Source: a virus
Length of the DNA: 64,000 nt
Reading direction: 5' to 3' (one strand)
IMG/VR virus record: IMGVR_UViG_3300025150_000003
Coordinates: 96,001 to 160,000 of that record
Shown piece by piece: positions 38,790 to 48,847 of the stretch (position 1 is the first letter of the stretch; each line of letters opens with the position of its first letter). The notes below the pieces were generated by a model, which made no database searches, was not told the DNA's origin, and saw nothing but the letters and a program-made list of their open reading frames with translations. A program made the position numbers and the translations under genes.

Positions 38790-41700
38790 TTACAGTGCTC
38801 CTGCCGCGATAGCAGCCTGGATGCCACGGATGACCTCAGCCGCATTCCCGAAGCTGTTGATGACCACAGAGGAGCCGCCGCCACCACTCCGGGACCCAGC
38901 ACTCTGAACAGCTCCGGTCCCCTTGGAGGCCAGTGCCGTCACGGTGTCGGCCTTGTCGATGCGCTGGGCGAACTTGACCCGCCCACCGGAACCGATCTGC
39001 ATGAGGAAGTCCTGGGCTGCCGGCTTACCAGCTTGGACAGCACCGATTTTGTTCTGGATGGCTACAGCACCACGAAGGCCAGCCTTTTTCCTGAGCAGAT
39101 CCCCTCGACGTACCTTGAGACCCGTTTCTGGATCCGTGACCATCTCAGTGAGATTGACCCCAGTGATGTCCCCACCCATCAGGCGTTTCGACATGGTAAG
39201 GATCTCATCAGAGCCACCGCCTACACCTGAGTTGGCCAAGGCCAACCCCAACGTCTTTTCTTCCTCAGTAGCGACGACGTCTTTCCACGCATCAATGAGT
39301 CGCTTGTCGGACTCTTTCTTCTGCTCTTTCTCAACCTCCACACCCTTCTTCGCACGCTCATCATCAATCCTCTTCTGCTCCCGAACCGACACCTCAGTTT
39401 CTTTGGAGAAATCTTTTGCACTCAAGCCCTCCTGGGTCAGGGTCGGACTAAACCTATCCATCGTAGGTTGCAAACCCGTATTAGCTGATCCCATGGACAA
39501 CCCGCTACTGGTTCGACCCTTGAACCACCCCCCGCCATAGGATGAACCCAGACCCAGGACATTTGACATAGCACTGGCCAGCTCGCTTTGTGTGGAAATC
39601 ACATCCTCCGCATGTTGGCCTGGGGTGGTCTTCCCGGTCCAATATTGCATGTTGGATTCCGCTATTTTAGATGCGGCTGGCCCAGCCAGGTCTTCACCCG
39701 TGAGCTTCTCAATCTCTTTAGCTGCTGTCAGCAGAGTACCTGCACTCCCCATGCCCTCGTTTTTATAGGTCTTCGGGTCCAGAGACTGCTCCTTTGTATT
39801 CCCCTCAGCGACTTCTCGGATGTTTGAGATTTCCCGAAGACCCTTGCGCTGTACGACTTCCCGACTTTGCAATGCGGCAAGTACGCCCTGCTTGGCAGCC
39901 AAACTTGTCTCTGCATCTTTTTTCTCTGCCCCGGAGAGCTTAGGGATCGATCTCTCCAACTCCTTCATTTCCCCAAATACCTTGGTCTTCTGCTCCCGTG
40001 TGGCTCGGATCTCCTCCGCCATCTCAGCTTGGGCCTTCACTTTTGCCTTCCGCTGATCTGCATCAAGCCCCACCCCAAAGAATGCCTTAATGTCCAGGAT
40101 GACATCATAGATGTCTTGCAGCCAAGATTGAATGGTACGTTCCAAGATATTGCTGATGTCATCCGTGTTTGAGGCAATCTCCTGAGCCAGCAGAATGTCC
40201 TGAGCGATTTGGGTCTCATCCGGCTTGAATTGGGAGCCCAACCCAATGAAGACATCCTGCAACTGGTCCCCAATCTCCTTCCCGAGAACGGGGAGACCCG
40301 AATCGTCAAAGGTAGCACGGAAGGCCCTACCATTTTCCATGGCAACCCCGAACTCCTTCAAGAAGACGTTAGCATCTTTCTCCGTGACCTTCCCCGATTT
40401 CACATCCTGAATCATCAGGAAGGCGGCCCGCATAGCCCCCCCCATCTCTCGGAGCTTGTCTACGGACTGCCCTGTCTCACCAGCCAGGGACTCGAAAGCC
40501 ATGTTCAATTCTTCTGCATCAATAGGGATCTGTTCAAGGCTCTTGCCCGTATTACGGAGAGCTGCATTCAGACGTAGGAACAAGGTGGCACCCGCCCCAA
40601 CACCACCCAAGGCGGCAGCCGCCCCACCCCGTGTGCCCTTGAATCCCATTGACCCCTTGTACATGCTTGGGATCATGCGGCTGAGCCCTGGATTGCCACT
40701 AGCCTGCATCTTGAACTGAAGATTAGCGACCTCCGTGGTGGTCATCTTGCTCAGAGCTTTCGCAAAACCCTCAGGCCCCTGGTCCAGTCCGGCATCTTTC
40801 AACACTTTCCGAAGCAGGCTCACCTGTGCCGGCGAGCTGTCCTTACTGGCTGCCCATGTGGCCATCTTGTTTTGGAATTCCTCGGCGGCAAAGATGGTGT
40901 CCTTCTGAGCGACACTGTTCACAACAGAGGGACCAATCTTCATCGCCTTGAGGATCCGGTCTTGTGTACCCAGGTCACGGAACCCCTTCACCAGATCCTG
41001 GAGCATCTCCCCGCCCATCTTCTGCCCTAGAACCTTGCCCAACTGAATCAGAAGACCGGCGGCTTCCTCGATTCGAACGTTGTACATGCTCATCCCACTC
41101 GTGGCCTGGTACAGCATACTCAGGAATCGTTTCGTAGCAAATCCAGATTCTTTGGCAGCCATGGTGATGCCGGAATACCTTTGCTGGATGCCTTCCAGAC
41201 TGAACCCCAACTCCTCCATGTAAGATGCCATCTGTGTGCTGATGTCCTGAGTGGAGGCTCCCAGAATCTTGGAGTAGGTCAGCACCGTCATTGAGTAGTC
41301 ACGGAGACGCATCATCTCGTTGCCGGCTTCTCGCACTCCGTCAGCCATCTTCTTGAACGACACCCCCGCATCAGAGAAAGACCCAAGAATCTGTAAATTG
41401 TCCTTGGCCGTAGTTCCCCAGAGGTTGTTGAAATCAAAATCGGTAAAAGTCTTACGAACTTGGTTGAGGCGGTCCCCCATCATCCCAAACTCGTCCACGA
41501 GGTCCATCCCAGAGATGCCTGCATCCATGAGCGTCCTGTTCAAATCTTTCATAGCACTATCAGCCGAGACCAAGATCGCTACTACAGCCGCAAACCCCGC
41601 AGCAATAGCCCCGATGGCAGCAATGCCTGGGCCAAGCATAGTAAGCATTCCTCCAATAGCTGTGAGCGCCCCGCCGCCGCCACTCTCCTTGCCCTTCTTG

Positions 41701-42317
41701 GCCATCCCCTTGCCGGCCTTGCCCATCCCTCCGCCAAGGCCCTGAAGGAGACCACCCAAGTCCCCGCTTCGAACCTTCCCAAACGCCGAACTGATGGAGT
41801 CACCAAAGGCATTGCCGGCCTTGATGGTCTTCGCCATATGCTCTTTGTCGAGGATTCTCTGAGCCGCCTCCATCGCTTTCTTGCGACGGGCCATCAACCG
41901 GTCAGTATTCTTAACCTCCTGCTTGAACTGTTCATCGAGACCCTTGAGCCGGATCTGCTCCTGCTTGAGCAGTCCTTCTTGTTGTTTCTTTTCAGCTTCT
42001 GAGAGGCCCTTGCGGCGAGATGCCACCTGAAGGTCAAAGACCCTCTTCATCGAAGACTCAACCTGCTCAGTCAGCGGACGGAGCTTGTCTACAAAGCCTT
42101 TCAGGTTGGTCTTCCCGAAACCCTGAGTAGCTGCTGCTGCGATGGTGTCCGAGAACTGCTTCTGGATCTTGCCCTGTGCCCGCCCGAACCCCCTGATCAG
42201 GTCCGTCATGTCCCCATTGATACGGAACTTGCCAGCGGCCTTCTGCAAGTCCTTGACAAACTTCGAGGTCTCCGCCTCAAGCTCAACGGTCAGCCCCAGG
42301 ACATCTTTCATCGCCAT
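38790..42317 (-). CDS. Tape measure protein
   Basis: 1175 aa, helical, rich in A/G/K/M, with a hydrophobic segment (LGPGIAAIGAIAAGFAAVVAILV); canonical position after tube and chaperones. Confidence 0.8.
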   Translation of the reverse strand: MAMKDVLGLTVELEAETSKFVKDLQKAAGKFRINGDMTDLIRGFGRAQGKIQKQFSDTIAAAATQGFGKTNLKGFVDKLRPLTEQVESSMKRVFDLQVASRRKGLSEAEKKQQEGLLKQEQIRLKGLDEQFKQEVKNTDRLMARRKKAMEAAQRILDKEHMAKTIKAGNAFGDSISSAFGKVRSGDLGGLLQGLGGGMGKAGKGMAKKGKESGGGGALTAIGGMLTMLGPGIAAIGAIAAGFAAVVAILVSADSAMKDLNRTLMDAGISGMDLVDEFGMMGDRLNQVRKTFTDFDFNNLWGTTAKDNLQILGSFSDAGVSFKKMADGVREAGNEMMRLRDYSMTVLTYSKILGASTQDISTQMASYMEELGFSLEGIQQRYSGITMAAKESGFATKRFLSMLYQATSGMSMYNVRIEEAAGLLIQLGKVLGQKMGGEMLQDLVKGFRDLGTQDRILKAMKIGPSVVNSVAQKDTIFAAEEFQNKMATWAASKDSSPAQVSLLRKVLKDAGLDQGPEGFAKALSKMTTTEVANLQFKMQASGNPGLSRMIPSMYKGSMGFKGTRGGAAAALGGVGAGATLFLRLNAALRNTGKSLEQIPIDAEELNMAFESLAGETGQSVDKLREMGGAMRAAFLMIQDVKSGKVTEKDANVFLKEFGVAMENGRAFRATFDDSGLPVLGKEIGDQLQDVFIGLGSQFKPDETQIAQDILLAQEIASNTDDISNILERTIQSWLQDIYDVILDIKAFFGVGLDADQRKAKVKAQAEMAEEIRATREQKTKVFGEMKELERSIPKLSGAEKKDAETSLAAKQGVLAALQSREVVQRKGLREISNIREVAEGNTKEQSLDPKTYKNEGMGSAGTLLTAAKEIEKLTGEDLAGPAASKIAESNMQYWTGKTTPGQHAEDVISTQSELASAMSNVLGLGSSYGGGWFKGRTSSGLSMGSANTGLQPTMDRFSPTLTQEGLSAKDFSKETEVSVREQKRIDDERAKKGVEVEKEQKKESDKRLIDAWKDVVATEEEKTLGLALANSGVGGGSDEILTMSKRLMGGDITGVNLTEMVTDPETGLKVRRGDLLRKKAGLRGAVAIQNKIGAVQAGKPAAQDFLMQIGSGGRVKFAQRIDKADTVTALASKGTGAVQSAGSRSGGGGSSVVINSFGNAAEVIRGIQAAIAAGAL

Positions 42318-42321
42318 AGCG

Positions 42322-43524
42322 CTACTCCCCTGTCCCGAAGGCCGGGTTCCGGTCCTTGATCAACTGATGAAGAGTCCGAGTGTCCGTATCAGGGTTGAAG
42401 CTCGGATCCACCACCTTGCCGCCAACCACGGCTAGGTTCCCAGCATCAGGCCGCTCCCCGATGTACTTGTTGAACAGCTTTTCCGTGGTCTGGGACTTCG
42501 GGATGAACGAGACACCCGGACGACCCATCTGCCGCTGTGAGAGCATCGCCTGGAGCTGCTCTGCGGACATCGCCATGAGAGGCTGAGGCCTGAACTTGCC
42601 ATCCTCCCAGCCCAGTTCCTCCCGCTTGCGCTGAAGGGCCTGACGGCGGGCCTCACGCTCCTGTGCTTCCGTCTCGTGCTGGACCCGGATCCGCTCCTTG
42701 TAGTCCGCCACGACCTGGTCATGGAGGTCATGGTCTTCGGTGACCCACCGCTTCATCTCATTTTCGAGGTCCTCAACGGTCTTGACCCCTTGGATGCGGT
42801 GCATGGACCCATCCGTGCCCTGCACGATGCCGTTCCCATCCACGACACCGAGCTTGCTGTAGTAGTGCAGGTCCAGACGCCTCTGCCGGGATTCCTGGTC
42901 ATCAGCCCTTCGCTGATGGTCCCGCTCATCCATCTTCTTGATAGCCTTGGGAGCATTCGAGCTGGCGACGAGCTTGAAGCCTTCCCAAGCGGTCTCCTCA
43001 GAACGCTTGGTGTCCTCCATCTCGTTGAACGCCACCCAGATCCGCTGAACCACATTCAACCCAAGATTTTCCGCACCGGGGACACCCGACCGGCGCAACC
43101 CTTCCATCCCCATGGTCTTCCACTGGTAACGGGAACTCATCTCAAAACAGAAGACCTCGATGGAGTTCGCAGCCTCGTTCATCCGGCTCCACATCCCAAG
43201 CAACAATGAGAACAGGATGTCGAGTGCTGTGTGAGGGAGCAACCGCAACCGATCGGCCAGGAAAGGAATCACATCATCGTGCCCCAGGACGGTTCGCCCC
43301 TCAATCATCCAGATTGAGGTGGCGATCGCCCACAGCCGCCAGTCATCATTGTTGCCACCCTCTGTCCGTGCTCGAAGCATGAACAGGTCCCCCGTGCTCA
43401 AAGACCGCATGTGCATACGCACGCCCCCAACAGACACCGGGTGTGTCAGGAAGCCAGGTGCCAACAGGGCCTCTACGTCCTCGTAGAAACGACTGCGCTG
43501 GTCAGGGGTGGTGGTAGGGAGCAC
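42322..43524 (-). CDS. Tail assembly chaperone-like protein 2
   Basis: 400 aa between tube and tape measure; own RBS; call rests on synteny. Confidence 0.55.
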   Translation of the reverse strand: MLPTTTPDQRSRFYEDVEALLAPGFLTHPVSVGGVRMHMRSLSTGDLFMLRARTEGGNNDDWRLWAIATSIWMIEGRTVLGHDDVIPFLADRLRLLPHTALDILFSLLLGMWSRMNEAANSIEVFCFEMSSRYQWKTMGMEGLRRSGVPGAENLGLNVVQRIWVAFNEMEDTKRSEETAWEGFKLVASSNAPKAIKKMDERDHQRRADDQESRQRRLDLHYYSKLGVVDGNGIVQGTDGSMHRIQGVKTVEDLENEMKRWVTEDHDLHDQVVADYKERIRVQHETEAQEREARRQALQRKREELGWEDGKFRPQPLMAMSAEQLQAMLSQRQMGRPGVSFIPKSQTTEKLFNKYIGERPDAGNLAVVGGKVVDPSFNPDTDTRTLHQLIKDRNPAFGTGE

Positions 43525-43532
43525 GCTCTACC

Positions 43533-44702
43533 TCACGGCTTGGTCGGGCGGGTGAACCGTGGGTTGCTCGACCCACCGGCCTCGGGCTGGGCGTTCAGAG
43601 CCTGCCGTGGATCCCCCTGTGGCCGATGCTCCGGGGTGCCCAGGTCTTGGACCGGCATCTGATACACCGGGACACCAGGATGACCCGGCATGTCCCCGAG
43701 GAGACGGGCCTGCTCGGCTGAGGCTTGCAGCACCCCGATCTCATCCTCAGCTTCTCGGGCCGCCAGGTGCGGAGGCCGACGGAGCTGCGGGTGGATGGTC
43801 TGCAACGCCGAGCCCTCATTCACAGGAGCCTTCCCCTGAGCGGCACGCTGCCTCATCATCGCGATGCGACGATGCTCGGCATCCAGTGCTGCATCCAACC
43901 CCTCGTCATCATCCATGTTGATGAACGAGGAGTCCGGGGCCTGGGACGGGGACACCGGTGGCGTCCGCTGTGGGGTGCGGTCCGGCGGGGGCGGGGCGGA
44001 TGAAGGACTGATGGGGCCTGCCCGGCGAGCGGAGACGGGGAGCACCTGCTCAGGGTTCACCTGGTACTCGTCGTCATCCACAGGGTTGACTGGAGCCGGC
44101 GCAGGGGTGTCCGTGAGGTCCGCTGTTGCCGCGAGGGTGGCTACCTTGTCCGAGAACTTGGTCTTTTCGATGGACTCCGCACGTTCCATCTGTTCCTTCA
44201 GCTCGGTGACCCGCTTCTGAAGCCGATCGATCTCAGCGGGGATGCTGGAAGGCTCATATTTGATCTGCTTCTCTGCATCAGCCTCGGTCTTCTGAACCAG
44301 ATCACTGAACCTGGTGAACACCGCTGTCAGCGACGGACGGGTCCACCGAGCCAGCAACTGTCGCATCGCCTTGTGCTTGGCGATCTTGATCGGGGTGCCG
44401 TTGCCGAGCTTCTCCCCGGTCTCGACAAAGTCCACCTCACGGAAGTCGTAATCCCCGACGGCTACAACTGCGTGAGAGAGGATCCCCATGCGGAACCGGT
44501 CGAGGTAGTCCACCGCCGAGTGCTCACCCTCGTCAGCCTCATTGAGGGCGAGGGCCGCGTACTTCTGTGCCTCGACCTCCTCGGCAGGGAGAAGGACACG
44601 GATGGTGATGGTCGTCGGGCCGGCGTCGAACGTCAGCTCGCCCTGGCCAATCTCCGCAATCGGAGCAAGTGCCTGCTCCAGGGCCTGAAAATTGATCTGC
44701 AT
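43533..44702 (-). CDS. Tail assembly chaperone-like protein 1 with Pro-rich, likely disordered C-terminus
   Basis: 389 aa; ITIRVLLPAEEVE chaperone-like start; first gene after the tube. Confidence 0.55.
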   Translation of the reverse strand: MQINFQALEQALAPIAEIGQGELTFDAGPTTITIRVLLPAEEVEAQKYAALALNEADEGEHSAVDYLDRFRMGILSHAVVAVGDYDFREVDFVETGEKLGNGTPIKIAKHKAMRQLLARWTRPSLTAVFTRFSDLVQKTEADAEKQIKYEPSSIPAEIDRLQKRVTELKEQMERAESIEKTKFSDKVATLAATADLTDTPAPAPVNPVDDDEYQVNPEQVLPVSARRAGPISPSSAPPPPDRTPQRTPPVSPSQAPDSSFINMDDDEGLDAALDAEHRRIAMMRQRAAQGKAPVNEGSALQTIHPQLRRPPHLAAREAEDEIGVLQASAEQARLLGDMPGHPGVPVYQMPVQDLGTPEHRPQGDPRQALNAQPEAGGSSNPRFTRPTKP

Positions 44703-44790
44703 CTGCTCGTTCCCCTTATGGTCAGGAAACAGCAGCGGCGGCTCTGGACAGCACGAGAAGTCATGATCTGGCCGAATCCGTCCTCAGCAC

Positions 44791-44912
44791 ATCGAACCAT
44801 CTCCCTGGTGGGAGAGGAGTACAGAGCAAGCGGGGGTCATCACATTCGTCGAGTAGTCCGTCGTCGGAGCCACCGGCTGTTACCGATTGAACCATCCCCC
44901 ACCCGGGGGAGG
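44791..44912 (-). promoter_or_regulatory. Two copies of a 27-nt leader RNA hairpin motif
   Basis: Minus strand cc-tccccc-gggt-ggggga-tggttcaat (44912-44886) and cc-tctccc-acca-gggaga-tggttcgat (44817-44791); one compensatory C-G/T-A pair and different loops. Confidence 0.65.
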
Positions 44913-44951
44913 TGCCGTCTACATCCTACCCAGTCCGACTGCTACGGACGG

Positions 44952-45824
44952 TTAGCCCTGAATGAATGGCGACTGTGGGCTCCCGCCCGTGATGTCACCA
45001 CCCGACTGGTTCATGTTGAAGTTCGGGTTGCTCTCGCCGAACCGGATGGAACCGAGCTGCCCGATGGTCGGGTCGTTACCCGTGGCGAGGAACTCACCGT
45101 ACATCGAGGCGAAGTCGTGGACGTCGGTGACGGTCACGTCGCCCGTCTCCATGATCATGCCGCTGTCCTTCGCGAACGTGGCGGACCACGACGTGAACCA
45201 GCAGGCCTCGTAGATGGTGATGATGGCCGAGTGGCCGCGAGCCGAGCCCGGAGCCTTGCCCACGTTGCCACCGGAGCTGTTGCCCGTCGCCGGGTTGCCC
45301 GAGGGACCGAAGTCCGGCGTGACGTTGGGGTAGGTCACCTGCTTGACACCACCATCGAACGACCCGGTGCCACCCTGGTGCCCTTCGTTGGGCTTGCCCA
45401 TGTCGATGTCCGCCAGGGTCGAGAACACGAGCTGCTGCTCGATGTCGAACGGCCAGCGGTGATGGGCCAGCGAACGCACGGGGCCATCGACTCCCGAGGA
45501 ATAGCCCGTGGCCTGCCAGAGGTTGCACAAGTAGAGCAGGGCTCGCTCGAAAGAACCCGTGGTGGGCTCTGTCACGCTGGGCACCAGCTCGGCCACCTGG
45601 TCACCGAAACCGATACCACGCACCGGCTCAACCGTGCGGCTCTGGCTCGGGTTGAAGCTCGACACGACGCCCATCTGGTGCATCGCCTGGTTCGACCCGT
45701 AATGCGGAGTCAGCAGGCGGACCTTCTGACTCACTGCCGTGCGGGTGTTGGGCGACGTGCCCATGTTGTAGAGGTAGGAACTACCCCCCAAACCATTCGA
45801 TGGGCCGTTGTCCATGTTCGCCAT
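44952..45824 (-). CDS. Tail tube protein
   Basis: 290 aa; GVVSSFNPSQSRTVEPVRGIG...ELVP...PFDIEQ...TIYEACWFTSWS resembles myophage tube proteins; AGGAG RBS. Confidence 0.8.
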   Translation of the reverse strand: MANMDNGPSNGLGGSSYLYNMGTSPNTRTAVSQKVRLLTPHYGSNQAMHQMGVVSSFNPSQSRTVEPVRGIGFGDQVAELVPSVTEPTTGSFERALLYLCNLWQATGYSSGVDGPVRSLAHHRWPFDIEQQLVFSTLADIDMGKPNEGHQGGTGSFDGGVKQVTYPNVTPDFGPSGNPATGNSSGGNVGKAPGSARGHSAIITIYEACWFTSWSATFAKDSGMIMETGDVTVTDVHDFASMYGEFLATGNDPTIGQLGSIRFGESNPNFNMNQSGGDITGGSPQSPFIQG

Positions 45825-45891
45825 GAGGGTTCTCCTGGGCAGTCGTAGAAGCGACGTTCACACTAGAGGAGAAGGTATAACGTAAAAAACG

Positions 45892-45920
45892 TGGACACAG
45901 GACCTGCGCTTTCGTAATGT
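45892..45920 (+). promoter_or_regulatory. Sigma70-like promoter, probably giving a leaderless mRNA
   Basis: TGGACA (45892-45897), 17-nt spacer, TAATGT (45915-45920), then ATG at 45927 with no SD between. Confidence 0.5.
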
Positions 45921-45926
45921 TCCGGC

Positions 45927-46727
45927 ATGACTTTTACAAAACTGGTGGCCCTCAAAAGATGCACCCGATGCGGGGTTGAACAACCTGTCGGCGACTTCTT
46001 CTACCAGAGAAGACAGCACCGAAACATCTGTAAAGGATGCCAAGAAAAAGAGAACCTCTCCACTGAGACTTTCAAGTGCACCCGCTGTGAACTCTCGAAA
46101 CTAGCCCGAGAGTTCTATGTCTCTAGTGGGAAACGCCACTCCCAGTGTAAGAGCTGCGCCAAAACCTACCGAAAGCGATACAACAGGCGGACACCCAAAA
46201 CTTCGCCTGAAAAGAAATGCTCTCGGTGTCTTCAGGTTTTGGATTCATCGGCGTTCTACTCCAAGCGGGACGCCTCGGATGGACTCCAAACTCAGTGTAA
46301 AGAGTGTATGCTCAACGCCATGAAACGCTCCCGTGAGCGACCAGCCATCAAAACTGCTTGGGGATCTGTCTCTGTTGCCCGTGCCCAGAAACTGATGATC
46401 ACCCACCATCTCAGTTTCCCTGAAGTGGTAGACCTTCTGAGTGGGACCCACTGCCCCATATGTACACGCCCCTTCGGGGAAGGTTTTGGTGGTCAAGTTG
46501 ACCACAACCACATCACCGGCGAACTGCGAGGGCTTCTTTGCCTTCAATGTAACCTCCTGCTGGGAAATGCTAGAGACCAACCCGACATCCTGTTGGCCGC
46601 CCTCAACTATCTGGGGCACACCTCCGAATCCCCGCAGGTCCCTGAGACCGTCATACCAGCAACACCCCTGAAAAGGGTGTCCTCTCGACAAGAACCTTCC
46701 CGACGAAAAGTCTGGGAGGAGGTCTGA
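45927..46727 (+). CDS. Endonuclease VII-family (His-Me finger) protein with three N-terminal zinc-finger repeats; putative free-standing homing endonuclease
   Basis: CPIC...VDHNHITGELRGLLCLQCNLLLG...LLAALNYL is the Endonuclease_7 signature; three KxCxRC...FY...CKxC repeats precede it. Confidence 0.85.
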   Translation: MTFTKLVALKRCTRCGVEQPVGDFFYQRRQHRNICKGCQEKENLSTETFKCTRCELSKLAREFYVSSGKRHSQCKSCAKTYRKRYNRRTPKTSPEKKCSRCLQVLDSSAFYSKRDASDGLQTQCKECMLNAMKRSRERPAIKTAWGSVSVARAQKLMITHHLSFPEVVDLLSGTHCPICTRPFGEGFGGQVDHNHITGELRGLLCLQCNLLLGNARDQPDILLAALNYLGHTSESPQVPETVIPATPLKRVSSRQEPSRRKVWEEV

Positions 46728-46783
46728 TCAGGGGGTTCCTCTGACACCCTATCGAGTAGAAGGGGAGCCACCAGGAGAATAAC

Positions 46784-47833
46784 ATGGCTGTCAACGCACG
46801 CACGTTCCAAGTTCTGAGCATCATCCGCGAGCGAGCACTTGCGGACCTGACCACGACCCAAGAGGACATTAGCGAGTTCATCGCTAACCACCGAAAGATC
46901 AGCCCCGTGAACTACAACAGGGCGTACATCTCCCCTTCCGCCCTGGCCAGCATCCTGGACCGGATGGCTGGACCTGACGACCTGCTTTCTCAGGGCACGA
47001 AAAATGAATTCTGGATGTCCCCCATGGGATCCCAGATGGCCGACCTCCTGGTGGACATCGACGGGTGCTCCAACCTGTTCATCGACAACTACAAGAAGAT
47101 GGTGTGCTACGCCGCCCTCCAGCAGCGCAGCCGTCTCGGGCAGGGGGCTGCCACCCCCAATGACATCGCGGACGCCACGGGGCTCTCCGGGGACTCCGTG
47201 CGACGGGGACTCTCGGACCTCGTGGTGGACCACCTGGTGGAGGAGGATCGGTCAGGACGCCCCAACCTCTACACCCTCCCCTCAGGAGCAGATGACGGCT
47301 CGACCCCGGAAAAGGCCCAGGTGTCCGAAGAGGACATCGAGGACGCCGCCAGGAAGGGCTACAACCTCGGGAAGAAGGTCGATGATGACCCCACCACCAA
47401 CATCATCGCGGAGACTCTCGCGGAAATCGCTGCTGGCGAAGACGAGTGCTGGGTCCCCACCAAGGATGCCCCTCTCCTGGCTCATGATCCACTGGACCAC
47501 CTGCCGAGGACTCTGAGCCAACTCCTCGAAAGCAACCCTCCGACAAACGCCTACGAGAGCTTCTGGGACCCGAAGCCCTTCGCCACGGTGGAGCAGCCCG
47601 CTGAGGAAACCGAGTTCGAGAAGCACCTTGACATTGCTGAGGAAACCGAGTTCGATACTTTCCCCACCCGTATCGGGGAAGCCTGGTTCGAGGTGCCCTT
47701 CGAGACGCGGGAAAGCCTGTACGCCCAGGCCACCGCCAGTGGCATGACTCTGCCGGATTTCCTCGACACTCTGGTGCACAGCCACGAGACGAAGATCCGT
47801 GAGGTCCTGTTCGGCGACTCGTTCTATTCCTGA
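46784..47833 (+). CDS. Winged helix-turn-helix DNA-binding protein with acidic C-terminus
   Basis: ATPNDIADATGLSGDSVRRGLSDLVVDHLVEEDRSGRPNLY (TrmB/MarR-like wHTH); AGGAG RBS. Confidence 0.7.
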   Translation: MAVNARTFQVLSIIRERALADLTTTQEDISEFIANHRKISPVNYNRAYISPSALASILDRMAGPDDLLSQGTKNEFWMSPMGSQMADLLVDIDGCSNLFIDNYKKMVCYAALQQRSRLGQGAATPNDIADATGLSGDSVRRGLSDLVVDHLVEEDRSGRPNLYTLPSGADDGSTPEKAQVSEEDIEDAARKGYNLGKKVDDDPTTNIIAETLAEIAAGEDECWVPTKDAPLLAHDPLDHLPRTLSQLLESNPPTNAYESFWDPKPFATVEQPAEETEFEKHLDIAEETEFDTFPTRIGEAWFEVPFETRESLYAQATASGMTLPDFLDTLVHSHETKIREVLFGDSFYS

Positions 47834-48021
47834 GAAATGGCATCAGCCTGGGGGACCAGCTCAAGGTCCTCCGGGCTGAGCGCCCAAGCTGTACCCAGAA
47901 CTGACACTTGCTCATCAGGCAACTCTTCCTCAGATGAGTCGGCCGAGGCAAGAGTCACTTCCTCGTAGTCGTTCATGATCCAGGTTCCTTGTCCGTAGAG
48001 GGACTGGTCCATTGTGATCAT
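47824..48021 (-). CDS. Small acidic hypothetical protein
   Basis: Follows the 48035 gene on the same strand; start uncertain (48021 or 48012). Confidence 0.4.
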   Translation of the reverse strand: MITMDQSLYGQGTWIMNDYEEVTLASADSSEEELPDEQVSVLGTAWALSPEDLELVPQADAISQE

Positions 48022-48034
48022 ACCCACCAGACGT

Positions 48035-48784
48035 CTAGCGCCCGTAGGCGCCACCCGTCTGCTGTTGCGGCTTACCATCCCACTTGTGAGCCGAAGAGAA
48101 ACTGTTCAGTCGCACATAGGCTCGACCCTGGTAATCCTGAACCTTCTTCCTCAGCGGGACCCCGATGAACTTGTTGACCATCGGCATCACATATTCGGTG
48201 GGCTCCCCACGACCGCGCACCAACTGCTTCTCGATCTCCCTGATGATGATCATCGAAGGCAAGGTTTTCACAACCTGATAGAAATCGACGTTGGTCTGGT
48301 CGTATCCCCACGACGAGACGAAAATGTCACCCACGATGACCGCCGAGGCCATCTTCACCACCCGTGGTCCCTTGGAACCTCCGAAGTGCTGGAACTCATA
48401 GGTCTCCACGAGACAGTCGCCATAGCGACCGAACCGGATGATCAACTTGGGTGTGTCGTAGGCCCCAACTCCCATCTGGTCGATCAGGGACGCACTCGGC
48501 ATCTCCATCTCTTCCTTGCCGACGACAACACCTGGTGTGTTGGCAGGCACCCGCACCGTCCGACCCTTCACCGTGTCGAGTGGGGTGTCCATCATCAGCA
48601 TGACCTTGTCACCCTTGCGGGGTGTCGTGCTGGCGAGGAACTTCGAGGCGAGATGATCGATCTTCCGAGCGATGCGATCGGGCACGAACTTGGTTGAGTT
48701 CAGCACAGCCAACAGAGGCTTCCGCAGCTCGGGCACCTGGGCAGCCAACTTCAAAAGTTCCTGACGCAGTGGGGTCGTGCTCAT
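48035..48784 (-). CDS. Modular hypothetical protein with N-terminal LRxxLxxLAxxxPELRxxLL helix
   Basis: ATG at 48784 with GGAG upstream; C-terminal VGDIFVSSWGYDQTNVDFYQVVK domain; preceded by the minus-strand motif. Confidence 0.75.
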   Translation of the reverse strand: MSTTPLRQELLKLAAQVPELRKPLLAVLNSTKFVPDRIARKIDHLASKFLASTTPRKGDKVMLMMDTPLDTVKGRTVRVPANTPGVVVGKEEMEMPSASLIDQMGVGAYDTPKLIIRFGRYGDCLVETYEFQHFGGSKGPRVVKMASAVIVGDIFVSSWGYDQTNVDFYQVVKTLPSMIIIREIEKQLVRGRGEPTEYVMPMVNKFIGVPLRKKVQDYQGRAYVRLNSFSSAHKWDGKPQQQTGGAYGR

Positions 48785-48847
48785 GTTGACTGTCTCCATC
48801 CGTAGCCACGGAACTCTACCTTTCCGGGATATTGGATAGAAAACGAG

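Noticed and set aside
42322-44702. Lambda G/GT-type programmed frameshift between the chaperone genes
   Set aside because: The genes are 8 nt apart, the second has its own GAGG RBS, and I saw no slippery heptamer at the end of the first.
44786-44900. tRNA genes suggested by GGTTCRAT
   Set aside because: No T-stem, D-arm or acceptor stem around either copy; treated as a leader motif instead.
46732-46762. Fifth copy of the plus-strand promoter before the wHTH gene
   Set aside because: AGTAGAAG matches 6 of 8 in the downstream box, but the upstream box matches only 3-4 of 9.
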